The position numbers were made by a program, and so were the translations under genes. Below are positions 38,224 through 51,028 of a stretch of DNA of 63,852 nt, piece by piece. The number at the start of each line of letters is the position of its first letter. The first letter of the stretch is position 1. The notes beneath the pieces are model-generated. The model was not told the origin of the DNA. It saw nothing but the letters and a program-made list of their open reading frames with translations, and ran no database searches. This DNA comes from Octopus bimaculoides (taxonomy: Eukaryota): assembly GCF_001194135.2 (NCBI RefSeq), contig NC_068981.1:190030193-190094044 (forward strand), given 5' to 3'.

Positions 38224-38284
38224 GAAACTAAATGAATTTTAATAAAAATGGCTGCACATATTCTCCCTAAGTTTTCTTATAATA

Positions 38285-38518
38285 TTATTTCAATGAATCC
38301 ACCTTGAGATTCGGTGACTTCTTTAATACAGGTTCGGAGTCGTTAACATGCCTATACTTATCCATTTCGGACATCATCCAAAGAATGGCAGCCTTCGTTG
38401 AAGCTATGATATTGTGAAAAAGTTGATTTGTTTCTTTCGACAACGCTCCAAATGTAGTGGTCCATGGAAATGAAATCTGGCGGGTTTGGAGGCGACACTT
38501 CTCAATTTCCCGCCTCAC
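38285..38518 (-). other. Unassigned coding-like segment (host terminal exon or Tx1/L1-like ORF2 end)
   Basis: 77 open codons after ..ttacag|: VRREIEKCRLQTRQISFPWTTTFGALSKETNQLFHNIIASTKAAILWMMSE..LK*; weak acceptor; no firm motif. Confidence 0.3.
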
Positions 38519-38679
38519 CTGTAATTTTAAGCCCAAACAACAACAATCTCGATGTTTTCTCTGTCTTTGCTTCTATCTACCTCACTTCAGTATCTGCTTC
38601 ATCACTCTCCCTTTCTCTCTCTTTCTTCCTGTGTCACTATTTGTCAGTCTGCCTGTCTGTTTCTTTTCCTTTCTCTTTC

Positions 38680-38713
38680 TCTCTGAAGAAGAACAAGTGT
38701 CCGAAACGTTAGA
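38680..38713 (+). ncRNA. Minimal hammerhead-like motif
   Basis: TCT-CTGAAGA-A-GAAC-AAGT-GTCC-GAA-ACGT-T-AGA; core intact, one mismatch in stem II, only a 3-bp stem I. Confidence 0.45.
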
Positions 38714-39299
38714 TCTGTCTTCTTCATCATGGCATAAAATTCGTTCCACTATTTTGTTCTTTATATAATAAGTATCCTGGTTGAAATTAAGAGCAGAAAA
38801 TCTATAAAGAATAACAGTGAAATGCATTTTTGTTTGTAAATCTAAGGAGTTTCCATGACAACCAAAAAGATAAATACTTTAAATATGGCTTTAGAAAGAG
38901 ATTAACATCGTAAAAATATCATGACCAAAAATCAGTGAGATATTTACTCTTGGTAATTTACCTTCTGGTTGAGACTCAGCTGTTTCTTTTTCCACTTGTA
39001 ACTTAACATGATTAGGAATTTCAAAATTCCATGCTAAAATAATGTTAAAACTGTTCAACAACTATTCAGTTCGAACTGAGAAATTCTTCTGCATGTGGAC
39101 AAAAGATAAAACCGAAGAATGCTTGAGCGGTCGTTCAACCTGCTAGAAATAATAGCAAAATATTTTTTTAACTGATTTCCAACAGTCTTAGCTGACGAGG
39201 TGACGGGAGACAACCATTAACAACGATATCGTTCTCTACCTACTCACCCCCAACTCTCTCACTCTCTCTCTTTCTCTGTCTCTCTTTCTAATTATCATC

Positions 39300-39900
39300 A
39301 GTACAGCTTTCGTAAGTAAAGATGAACTGATGACCCACTACTTTGTTACACACCGGTGGAGTCTCAGCTCAGAGAAAATCTAATGAAAGCAATGTCACCA
39401 CCTTCGAACTCACCAAAGCTATTGATTGCATCTGGTATGCGAACGTTCTATTGAAGCTACTTTTCTGTTAGCTTCACCCGTTTCTCATCTCTCAGATAGA
39501 CAGCTTCCTATCAGATCGCTCCATTGTGGTGCATTTTCCTGAAGATAGCTTTCTCCATCCCTCACTCTGTCAATAATCTACTTGCAGTCACACAACGTAA
39601 GATCTTCTTAGATGATTTTTGCCTTTCAATCCTACGTAGCGTTTCTCAGTCACACACCATCCACATCCAACTCACACATCATGTGTCAAACTTGTATTGA
39701 TTCCACGAACAGAAGCCTTGAAAGAATATCCAATGAGATTGTTCCAATCTTATCTCATTCAACAGCCAGAAAACAGCATCGCACCATACACATCTGAAAT
39801 ATAGGCAACATCTAACTCCAGCCCTCATAATCACTTCAAATGTTGATCCATTTCACCACAACAGACCTTCCAGGATTTCTCCTATTGAAAGTAAATCCAT
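39300..39900 (+). mobile_element. Highly decayed CR1/Jockey-group LINE RT fragment
   Basis: FELTKAIDCIWYANVLLKL..LHPFLISQIDSFLSDRSIVV resembles the LDISKAFDRVWH..L..WI.SFLSDRS pattern. Confidence 0.6.
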
Positions 39901-40204
39901 AGCTTAACTAGAACCGCATCTTGCAAACTAATCAGTCTCTTCAGGGCTTGAAAATACTGGTACTTAACTTATCGACTGCGAAAAGATGAAAGGCAAAGTC
40001 GACCTCGGCGGAATTTGAACTCAGNNNNNNNNNNNNNNNNNNNNNNNNNNNNNNNNNNNNNNNNNNNNNNNNNNNNNNNNNNNNNNNNNNNNNNNNNNNN
40101 NNNNNNNNNNNNNNNNNNNNNNNNTGTTGTTTTTTCGTATATTCTCCCATATATATATATATACACACACATATGTAAATACACACACACACACACACAC
40201 ATAT

Positions 40205-40372
40205 ATATAATGGGCTTCTTTCAGTTTCCATCTACTAAATCCACTCACAAGGCTTTAGCCAGCCTGAGGCTATAGCAGAAGTCACTTGCCCAAGGTGCCA
40301 TGCAGTGGGACTGAACCCAGAACCATGTGGTTGGTAAGCAAGCTACTTACCACACAGCCACGCCTGCACCTA
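40205..40372 (-). mobile_element. SINE family A, 5' half
   Basis: Reverse complement of the head/CORE region. Confidence 0.85.
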
Positions 40373-41124
40373 TTCGTATATCCTCTTTAATTTACTTCTT
40401 TTTAACATTCAGAGAAAAAACAAAAATAATAATAATATGGAATTTTTGAAACAATAAATTTTAGAAAGAAGCAGCCTATCGACTAAGTAGGTAAACATTC
40501 TTTACAGGCAACGCAAGCAAGGAAAAGGAGACATTAAACGGATGATGATGATATCTAGATATCTATCTATCTATGATAGGGAGAGATGAATGGAAGATTT
40601 CGGTTGCAATTTGTAGCAAGTAGACTAGTCTCATAGAGGCTTGTCTTGTTGGTTCAAAGGTAATTATTTTAATACCTGTGGTGAGAGAATTATCTAAACT
40701 CTTCTGACTTGCTATTGATTTCTTTTTGATTTATGAGAAAATTGAATGTCATCACTTATATACAGTTTTAAGCATCGGTTCTATTATAAATGTGAAATAG
40801 CTTCAATCAAGAATTTTACGAGACAAAATAGTCATGAAAGTATAGTTTAAAAAATACTTTAAAGTCAGGCACAAGTGTGGCTGTGTGGTAAGATGCTTGC
40901 TTGCCAACCACATGGTTCCAGGTTCAGTGCCATTGCATGGATTTCGTAGATGGAAACTAAAAAGAAGCCTGTTGTATGTAAGTATGTATGGATGTATTTA
41001 TGTATGTGTCTAATTCTTCAGTTTTATTTCAACATTTCTTGCCAATAGAGAAAGAACCGGTTTCTAAACTAAATCCACTACATGGATTTGGTAGATGGAA
41101 ACTGAAAAGAAGCCTGTTGTATGT

Positions 41125-41790
41125 ATGCGTTTATGTATTTATGTAATTCTTCAGTTTTATTTGAAGATTTCTTGCCAATAGAGAAAGAACTGGTTTCTAA
41201 CCTAGATTCAAGGCTCCTTCATTGGAATTTCAACATCAACAACAGGGTATGTTTGTTTGTATGTATATATGCATGTATGTATATGTGCAGATTTGTATGT
41301 ATTGTTTTATGTATGTATACTCAAACACTACACTCTTGGAGCGATTGGTGTTAGGAAGGGCATCCAGCTGTAGGAACCTTGCCAGATCAGATTGGAGCCT
41401 GGTGCAGCCTACTGGCTTGTCAGTCAAACCATCCAACCCATGCCAGCATGAAAAGCGGACGTTAAATGATGATGACGATGAAGATAATGATAGTTGCATA
41501 TTTAAACATGCTCATATGTCTATCTAAATAATAAACTTCTGGAAAGTCTCACAGATTTTTACAGTTCCAGTGATTGATTGGATTTGTAGTCTTCGAATTA
41601 GCTTTCTCCTTTCTGGTTTTGAGAAGCCTAATTTCTCAAGATTGGTATTTAGGCAGTGTGTTACATATCCCAGGGCCCCAATAATTACAGGTATAAACCT
41701 AAACTTGTAATCTGGAAAGAGTAACTGCAGATTTCTCAATAGTTCAGCATAGGTGTTCCCTTTCTCACTGATCTTCAGTTTCATGTTAAC
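41125..41790 (-). mobile_element. 5'-truncated RLE-type LINE copy (endonuclease C-terminus + 3' UTR), interrupted by an RTE-tail repeat at about 41321-41490
   Basis: LLRNLQLLFPDYKFRFIPVIIGALG..GTVKIC.TF paralogous to the 33450-33869 ORF; the UTR resumes below 41320 and ends in (CATA)-like repeats. Confidence 0.88.
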
Positions 41791-42070
41791 ATCTGGTATG
41801 TATGTATGTCATTATTCAATTTATTTCAAGATATTTTGCCAATAGAGAAAGAACCGTTTTCTAACCTAGATCCAAGGTTCCTTCATTGGAATTTCAACAT
41901 CAACAACCACATATTTTTGTATGTATGTATGTATATATGTATTATGTATTTATGTATGTATGTATATATGTATGTGCTGATTTGTATGTTTTATGTATGT
42001 ATTCTCATGCATATAATTACATATCTAGGCATGCTCATATATATTTGAATGATAAACTTCCAGAAATGTA
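41790..42070 (-). mobile_element. Second, shorter copy of the same RLE-type LINE (last codons + 3' UTR), in tandem with the previous copy
   Basis: tttctggaagtttatcatt.. and UTR gttgatgttgaaattccaatgaagga..ctctattggcaa homologous to 41125-41550; (CATA)n at both ends. Confidence 0.8.
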
Positions 42071-43085
42071 TGTATGTATATATGTATGTATGTGTGTCTG
42101 TGTGTCTGTGTGTATCTGTGTCTATGTTAATTCCATCACCACCAACACTGTTTGACAACTGCTGTTGGTTTGGTTATGTCCCTGTAACTTAGCAGCTCAA
42201 CAAAAGAGACCAACAACATAAGTACCAGGCCTAAAAAGACAATAAAAGGCACTTGAATTGATTCATTTAACTAAACATTCTTGAAGGTGGTGCCCCAGTA
42301 TGGCCGCAGTCAAATGACAGAAACAAGTAAGACATACAAGATGAAAGATAAAAGTGAAAGCAACTGGTGCAGGGTTTGAACTGGTTTCGCAGAAATTATG
42401 AGATGATGAAATGAATCAGTGTTTCTCATAACTCTGGTCAATTAAGAGTTTGATGCCACTTCTTCATTAGAGGATTTTCTAATTATGAATTAATTCTCAA
42501 GATTTTAATGCAAATGATATTGAAAATGACAGAAAAGAGAGAAGGACCTTCTTATGGGACTGAACCAATCCATTTATTGCCTGCCTGGACAATTGCGTAA
42601 CTAATTATTCTGGAGAAGATCTGTATCTTCTTAAATTACATTCTGTAATTTGGTTCTACCATTTTAACTTTATTGTCTCAATATGGTTTGTCACTGACTT
42701 AGAACTCTGTTCAATATTAGATAAAATAGCATAGCACTAAATGACAGAAGAATTGCATCATGAGAATAAAATGGCAGAGCTTAAATGGCAGATTCAAAAT
42801 TATGGCATTCAGTTTCAAAAGAGAGGAGAACCAATATTTCAATCAGTAATGTGGTTGTTTGTGAAGCAATGGATTTGTGGTTCAAATAATACAGGTGGGT
42901 TTGTTACTATCTGCTTCTCTTTTCTGAATCAGATTGTTGCTTATAATATCTCATGATTTCCTAACATCCTGGCAAATGATGGCATGATGGATTTTACTTT
43001 ACTGCTGCATTGCTATGAAAGAATAACAATATAGGGAGAAAGAATAAAAAGGGCTGAAGGGAAGATGACCAGGTAAAAACATCTT

Positions 43086-43287
43086 TGACCCTCTAACATT
43101 TAAACTGACCACATCCAGCCAAAATATTCGACCTGTTTCATGTTCAAACTACCTACCTTACAATGTCATTTTAAATATATACAATCACATCAAGGAAATC
43201 TCAAAGCTACAAGATAATGTATGATTGATTCAAAACAAGGTGATTAAGTATTACGTTTGATGGGGTAATCTGAATGCTACATGGTTA
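43086..43287. mobile_element. Decayed TTAA-type (piggyBac-like) MITE
   Basis: Ends ttgaccctctaacatt / aatgctacatggttaa approximate TTAA-CCCT..AGGG-TTAA. Confidence 0.4.
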
Positions 43288-44279
43288 AGCGCATTTATTC
43301 AAAATTATCTGAAAGTGTTTCATACTTTATTTTTACATTTTATTCTTTAATAAAGATCCCTGTTCAAAACATCAAAATTCCCATCTTTAACACATTATAT
43401 TTATATTTGTGGCTTCTATTACCATTCTTTTCCTGATGCCAATTAACACAAGTTTCCTCTGACTCTAAGTTTCATTCATATCCAAACTGTTTGGTTGTTT
43501 TGGGCTCAACAATTTCATTCAGCAGACAATACCACACGGCATTTCATTCTGCACAAATACAGTCACTGTATTATCTCTTTCTTTCTTTTTAAATAATTTA
43601 CACGAATCACCTCTTGTTGATGGTTGATAATAATAAATATTGTGACAGTAATAAATATTATCGGTACGTAAAATACTGTCTAATTTACCAACTAGTTCTG
43701 AATTTTGAAACCACATCAGACAAAATATTTCGTTTTCTGTCAGAAAAGCTGATTGCCAATTTGTGAAATGTAAAGATTCTTATGATGAAACTGTGTTAAG
43801 TCATTTTATTCTACAAGTATTTTCTCTATGAATGATGGTAACAATAACAAGTTAACGACTGATAGCTGCCTCCCTTGAGGTTGTCCGATATTTCTCCAAA
43901 TGTTATGGAAAGTTTATTTCTCTGCCTCCTTGCTTCCTGTTTCTTCTTTTAGAAAGAAAAATGAAAGAAGAAAGAAAAAAAAAAAAATCAATGCGACTTG
44001 TATAAATTATTTTGTGTCTTTATTTGTTAAATTTTCCTTTTGGGAAAATTTTTGTCTGTGTCAAAGCAGAAATATAACAAATCATTGTTGGTGTATCATG
44101 TTGGAATTGAAATCAGCTTGATAGCTGGACATTCCTCTGCCTGGGGTGGGGTTTGGGTGGGCGGGTGGAGGGCAATGAAACTGATACCGGTAATATATGT
44201 GATACTGAATAGACTGCACAGCTTTATCCTACTAGATCAGGGGTTCCCGCTCAAGCAAATATATAAATAGATTTATAAT

Positions 44280-44665
44280 CGTCATCATCATCATCATAAT
44301 TCCCACCGCCACTGCCATCACCACAGCCACCGGAGCGGAGCCATCATCATCATCATCATCATCATCATTCCCACCACCACTACCACTGCTGCCATCACCA
44401 CAGCCACTGCAGCCATTATCATCACCATCATCGTCATCATCATCATCATCATCATCATAATTCCCACCATGGTGGTGGTGGGAATGATGAAGATGATGAT
44501 GATGATGACGACAACAATGATGAGGATGATGATGTTGATGTTGATGTTGATGATGATGGCTGTGGTGGCCGTGTCAATGGTTGTGGAGGTGGTGGTGGTG
44601 GGAATTATGATGATGCTAATGATGATGATGATAATGATGATGATGATGATGATGATGATGATAAA
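44280..44665. repeat. Inverted (CAT)n/(CCA)n versus (ATG)n/(TGG)n compound repeat
   Basis: Unit catcataattcccacc.. on the left and ..ggtgggaattatgatg on the right; palindromic centre ccaccatggtgg near 44470. Confidence 0.8.
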
Positions 44666-44991
44666 TCTATTTATATGTTGCTTGAGTAGGAAGCCCTGAT
44701 CTAATAGGATAAAGCTGTGCAGACTGTTACAAGAACACAGTGGTCCTCAACCAGTTTCTGTCCCCTGTGGACCCCTTTCATTCCTATTTTATTCAACTGG
44801 ACCCTCACAGCCATTCAATGAAGAAAATATTTTAGCAAATTAAATTTAAATGTTGAAGTGAATCTAATGGTTTTTGTGTGTTTTTAAATGGCTTATAAAC
44901 ACCTTCAATGCTGCATTTGTATATATATATATTCATTTTTTTATCTAGTTTCAGCTCATGAGCTGTGGCCATGCTGGGGCACCACCATTAC

Positions 44992-45024
<33 letters not shown>

Positions 45025-45929
45025 GTATGTATATGTTTTGTGTGTCTGCGTTTGTCCCCACACCATTGCTTGACAACCAATGTTGGTGTGTTTACATCCC
45101 TGTAACTTAGCAGTTCAGCAAAAGACACCAATAGCATAAACTAACAAAGAATAAATCCTGGGGTCAATTTGTTCGACTAAAGGTGGTGCACCAACATGGC
45201 CACAGTCAAATGACTGAAACCAGTAAAAGAATGAAAGAATAAAAGAGAAGAAAAGAATAAAGCACTTTGTGAAGTGGGGTGTGGGTGGGGTGGACTGAGC
45301 AGGGACAACATAAGGTTGAGAAGGGTTCTTTAGATTTGTTGAGGGTAAGAAAACATCTGGGGGTTTGCACCATGGCAAAGATGCACCCAGTAGACTTTGT
45401 AATAAGGAAGGGCATCCAGTGGTAGACGCTGAGTAAAAACCAAGAGACTGGAGCACAATATGGTGTGCTTATCTGCTGGATTTTGGCAAACCATCCACTT
45501 CATGCCAGCAAGGAAGATGAATGTAAAATGATAATGATGATGATGATGGTGATGATGACAATGACAAGGAGGAGATGGAGGAAGAGGAGGAAGAAGAAGA
45601 AGATGATTTAAGGCTTTAGAAAATCCATACCAATGCTTAAGTATTTTGGAAAATATGTTATTCAATAATTCTGTTAGCCACAAATATGATTAATGTAACA
45701 AGATAAGCCATTATTTTCTTTATATTTTTTTTTCTTAATTTTTAACTTTGAAATTTTTCTTTTTAACTTGTCCTGCAGATTTTGCCAGCAGATTTTTGCT
45801 TCATTTCCAGTGTGTCATAAAGTGAAAAAACAAAACAAAAAAGATATCAGAAACCACTTGACTAGACTACATATAATCATCATTACAGATATTAATTACA
45901 TACAATAATCATTATGTACATTATCTTCT

Positions 45930-46150
45930 AGATTATAATTCTTTCTGCTATAGGTCCAAGGCCGAAATTTTGGGGGAGGGAGCTAGTCGATGAGATCGAC
46001 TCCACTACGCAACTAGTACTTAATTTATTGACCCCGAAAGGACAAAAGGCAAAGTTGATCTCGGCGGAATTTGAACTCAGAACGTAAAGACAGATGAAAT
46101 ACTGCAAAGCATTTCACCCGGAGTGCTAACGTTTCTGCTAGCCTGCTGAC
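45930..46150 (-). mobile_element. SINE family B variant
   Basis: Head and central domain match the reverse complement of 37990-38160; different tail (gggggaggagctagtcga). Confidence 0.75.
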
Positions 46151-46647
46151 TTCGAGGCCTTTCCGAATGCCAACCCCTTTACAGAGTGTACTGGATATTT
46201 TGTCTCATACCCCCAGCACCAGAGAGGCCACCAAGTAACTTGCAAGACAAGACTCCGCTCAACTGAGTGGGGGAGGTCTAAGTTAAATACGTCAAAAAAG
46301 GGGTCGGTGTACCTGAATACTTGAATTCTGAAAGCATAAAACGTCTATTGGAGAAATACTTTACTCTAATGTAAATATCTGTTTAGTAATGACTTCGTAT
46401 TAAGGTTAAATTTCAGATGGTTAGTTGTGATAGCTTTGTGGTTAACTCTCTGCTGTTTAAAGAGATTTATATGAACCTTGTTTTATTATACTTGCTATTA
46501 TTATGACTCTTTAGCAGTGATTAGACTTGTTAGAATGTAGGTTTTGATTTATACATGGTTCGAGTAAAAATTAACTATCTTCTTAGGGACGCATAATAAG
46601 TCTACCTTCCATCATATTTTGTTGTTGTATATCTTAAAATATAAAAA

Positions 46648-46865
46648 TGCACCCTTTTAAAGCCTAGCCAGGCTCATGGGCCCGGTTTCAATGGCGTATG
46701 TGTTTCCCAGCCAGTCCATCGCACGTTACTCATTTTTGCCAGCTAAGCGGACTGGAGCAACGTGAAACGAAATGTTTTACTCAAGAACACAACGCGTCGC
46801 CCGGTCCAGGAATCGAAACCACAATCTTGCGATCATGATGCTGACACCCTAACTACTAAGCCAAG
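46648..46865 (-). mobile_element. tRNA-derived SINE sharing its tail with 32845
   Basis: tRNA-like head, CORE-like ttcttgagtaaaac, tail cccttttaaagcctagccagg. Confidence 0.7.
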
Positions 46866-47781
46866 GGCCGCCTTATTGCATATCTTACGTTTCCTTAAAT
46901 ACATTCACATTTTAGCTCATATCACATAATTCATTGATTTGTCTTCTTCTCAATAAACGTAACAGCATATTGTGTGGTTCCATGTATTGCACTTACCTTA
47001 TCATTAAAAAAATTTTTTTTTAGTTTTCTTCTTCTGCGCCATATTGTGTCTTGTCTCACATTTTTTAATTCTACGCGTTAGTTTTAATATTTGTGGTCAC
47101 GTATAACTTTCATTTCATTTACATTCGCTTTATGTTTTTTTGGAAGACAGAACCCCTCACTCTCGGCTTGATGGCTGGTACTGGTATGTTTAATCTCTAT
47201 AACTTAGCCGTTTGGCAAAAGATATTCAATAAAACAAGTACTAGGCTTCAAAAATAATAAGTATGGGGGTTGATTCATTCAACAAAATATTCTTCTAAAG
47301 ACTGAAACAGATGAAAGATAAAATAAGATGCAATAGGAGAATCTTTTCCACCTTAATTGCAACTGAAGTAAAAAAAAACAATTTATGGTTTGTTATATGT
47401 ACACCTGTCTAAATAACTTTCCTTACTCTAGAAGCATCTAATTTTGAGAAGAAAAATTGTCACATGGTAACACACAATCAGTGAATTGTATAAATAAATA
47501 TTATGATTGTGTGTAAACCGTCTGAATCAATATTTCCAAACTCATTACAAATCTAGTGAATTAGTTAACTGATAAGCAGAGATGAAAGGAAGAGCTTATG
47601 TGGATATTGTGAATTATGATAAGGTAAAATAACTATATTCAAATATCATAAAAATAATGGCTTGATTACAAATAAAAAATATAACTTAGTTTCATCAAAC
47701 TCCAAACCAGAAGCTGTGTGAAAGTGTTTGTGTTTCGAACTGCCACCAAAAGCTTTGTTTTGGTTTAACCCTTTCATCATA

Positions 47782-48240
47782 GTGAAGATTGCTTGCCAAC
47801 ATAACATGGCAGTCCTGGTTTAGGACGAATGTTGCTGTAATTTAGCCCTAGGAGACATCGTCTCCAGCTGACTATATGACACGATCTGTGTCCTTATATT
47901 TTCGAACAAGGGAATCTTGCACCCCCACTCAGCTCAAAACAATATCTGTGTCGCGATTTCCGGGTTATTTCCCTTCATCAGCACAGAATAACGGGAAATA
48001 ACCTGGAAATCGTGATACACAGATACTGTTTTGAGCTGAGTGGGGGTGCTAGATTCCCTTGTTCAAAAATATAAGGACAGACCGTATCGTATAGCCAGCT
48101 GGAGACAATGTCTCCTGGGGCTAAATTACAGCGACATTCGTCCTAAACCAGGACTACCATGTTATATTGGCAAACAATCTTTACTCCAAATTACTGTTGC
48201 TGAATATCTCTCGTTGTAAGATTTAAAAATAGTAATTATG
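47782..48240. mobile_element. Hammerhead-bearing family H2 with ~190-bp inverted arms, copy 1
   Basis: About 47782-47973 is the reverse complement of about 47993-48183; a unique ~55-nt extension is shared with 53826-53885; hammerhead motif at the centre. Confidence 0.8.
47945..47987 (-). ncRNA. Type I hammerhead-like motif (family H2)
   Basis: TCTGTG-CTGATGA-A-GGG-AAATAA-CCC-G-GAA-ATCGCGA-CACAGA, with a perfect 6-bp stem I. This arm lacks the TA retained in the other arm (ATCGTGAT-A, 48009-48017) and at about 53478. Confidence 0.6.
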
Positions 48241-49584
48241 TTTTATCATTGTCCATGTTTTTTGCCATGATACTTATTTGTTCTGGTTCCTTTTGCATCA
48301 TTCTCTCTTTTGTCCAACTGCTTGGTCGCTTGGAATGTGCACACAAACACATCATAGAATTGAGAAGGCTCTTCAGGCTAACAAGAAACAAGGCCACTTC
48401 ACTGGTGCTGGTGCTACGTTAAAATGCACCCAGTATATTTTGTAAAAGTGGTCGGTGACATTAAGGGCCGAGAGTTGTAGAAACTAACGCATAAAGGACA
48501 GAAACATACAAACAAGACATCCTCTGATCTATCAAGGAAAGCAAAGGCTTCATGTAAGAACCGAATTTAACGGCGATAACAAATTAAAGCCATGCTAGTA
48601 TGGAAAGCAGCAATAAGCTGATGATGATGACGATGACGATGACGATGATGATGATGACGAAGATGATGATGACGATGACGACGATGACAACGTCGACGAT
48701 GACGATGACGACGACGACGATGACGATGATGACAGTGATGAGGAGGGTGTGGTAGAACTGAGTCTTGTAGAACTGAACAATAAACAATTGATATGTTTAA
48801 CACGATTGTAGTAGTGAAGGCAAAATAATTATTTAGCTTCTCTTGGGATAATTCTCATGGAATTGTGAAACATATATATATATATATACATGTAGTCTGA
48901 AGATAATTATGTGTGATGGTGGTGGGTGGTGGTAGTGGTGGTGGTGACGACAATGATGATGATTCTGTACACTGAAATATTACCATCATCATTCCATTTA
49001 CAGACTTTCTTTTTTTTTCTCCCCAGGTATTGCATGACTTCAACAGGATTTTTTCCCCAACACATCTCACTTCTTGTCAGTCCTTTTGTTGATTCCTTCA
49101 CCAGATTCACTATGCTGAGATGAGCTTTCATCATTTCTGCCCATGTCTTCCTTGGTCTTCCTCTTTCTTTCAAGTTACTTCTGTTCGTATTATTAAAGAA
49201 GTTAATGTCGTAATCAATCTAAAATATTTACCAGTCAGATATGATTGATGTTGCTTATAGATTGAGATAAATTCAGCTAAAAGTATCACATTCGACAAAC
49301 AATTAATATGATTAATAGGATTGCTCTAAGTTCGAAAACATTTTCTCTGTTTCTGATGTAACTTTTTCCATTTTTAGAATTTCGAATCTTGAATTTGAAT
49401 AATCACAGAATAGAATTATTTTACTACGCAAATTACTGTGTGAGCAGTTTTTAATTTTCAGATTAAAATTTAGTATGGGATATATCCAAAGATTTTCACT
49501 CTCACTGTGTTTGTAAATTAGATAAATCTACGAGATACATAGCGTTTGACAGGTGTAAATGTCTGCCATATAACTGGCGCTCTG

Positions 49585-49890
49585 TTGTTTGTGATGACTA
49601 GGGTTCTAGTTGTCCTGATGAAAGGGACAGTCCTCTCATGAAATTATGGGCAAATGGCCAAGCACTCCATAGGTATGGATACCCTTAATGCAGTTCTAAG
49701 AGGGATTCGATATGAAACAAAATGTGACAAGGCTCGCCCTTTGAAATACAAATACTGTTCAGTATTGCCAGCTGAGTGGAGTGACGTGAAATAAAGTGTA
49801 TCGCTCAATGTTACAACATGTCAGCAGGAATTGAACTCATGACCTTACGATTGTGCGTCAAATACTCTAACCACTCAGCCACGAGTCTTA
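49585..49890 (-). mobile_element. Old SINE related to family C
   Basis: Collinear with 35845-36162. Confidence 0.6.
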
Positions 49891-50543
49891 CACCATGCCC
49901 CCCCCCCATATATATANNNNNNNNNNNNNNNNNNNNNNNNNNNNNNNNNNNNNNNNNNNNNNNNNNNNNNNNNNNNNNNNNNNNNNNNNNNNNNNNNNNN
50001 NNNNNNNNNNNNNNNNNNNNNNNNNNNNNNNNNNNNNNNNNNNNNNNNNNNNNNNNNNNNNNNNNNNNNNNNNNNNNNNNNNNNNNNNNNNNNNNNNNNN
50101 NNNNNNNNNNNNNNNNNNNNNNNNNNNNNNNNNNNNNNNNNNNNNNNNNNNNNNNNNNNNNNNNNNNNNNNNNNNNNNNNNNNNNNNNNNNNNNNNNNNN
50201 NNNNNNNNNNNNNNNNNNNNNNNNNNNNNNNNNNNNNNNNNNNNNNNNNNNNNNNNNNNNNNNNNNNNNNNNNNNNNNNNNNNNNNNNNNNNNNNNNNNN
50301 NNNNNNNNNNNNNNNNNNNNNNNNNNNNNNNNNNNNNNNNNNNNNNNNNNNNNNNNNNNNNNNNNNNNNNNNNNNNNNNNNNNNNNNNNNNNNNNNNNNN
50401 NNNNNNNNNNNNNNNNNNNNNNNNNNNNNNNNNNNNNNNNNNNNNNNNNNNNNNNNNNNNNNNNNNNNNNNNNNNNNNNNNNNNNNNNNNNNNNNNNNNN
50501 NNNNNNNNNNNNNNNNNNNNNNNNNNNNNNNNNNNNNNNNNNN

Positions 50544-50597
<54 letters not shown>

Positions 50598-51028
50598 CAT
50601 ACATACATACATACAGTCACTATAATGATATTTAAACCTCTTCAAGATACACTGGTTTAATATATTGTATTTTGAAGAGATATTTTTTCAATGAATATAT
50701 TATATAAAATATTGTAAAATATCAAATATTATTATTGAGTGAGAAAACAAAGAGATCTAATGGATACACATTAATTCCTTAATTAATTAACATACTCACC
50801 TACAATTGTTTCATTTCACAACCAAAATGTAAACTACAAAACATATATAGATATATAATTTTGCATTTTAAAATACCTTGGATGGAAAATCATCAGGGTG
50901 CACAAAAGGACAATATAAGGATCACATTATGATCCATTATTCGGGATATATAGTCCTGTTTATCAGTAATAATAAATGTGAAAGTGAATGACAGTGTGTC
51001 ATAGTTTTTCAACTTTACTTTTCTGATC

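Noticed and set aside
41000-41075. Third independent RLE-LINE insertion
   Set aside because: Duplicated together with the flanking SINE A sequence, so it is a local tandem duplication and is not counted as target-site evidence.
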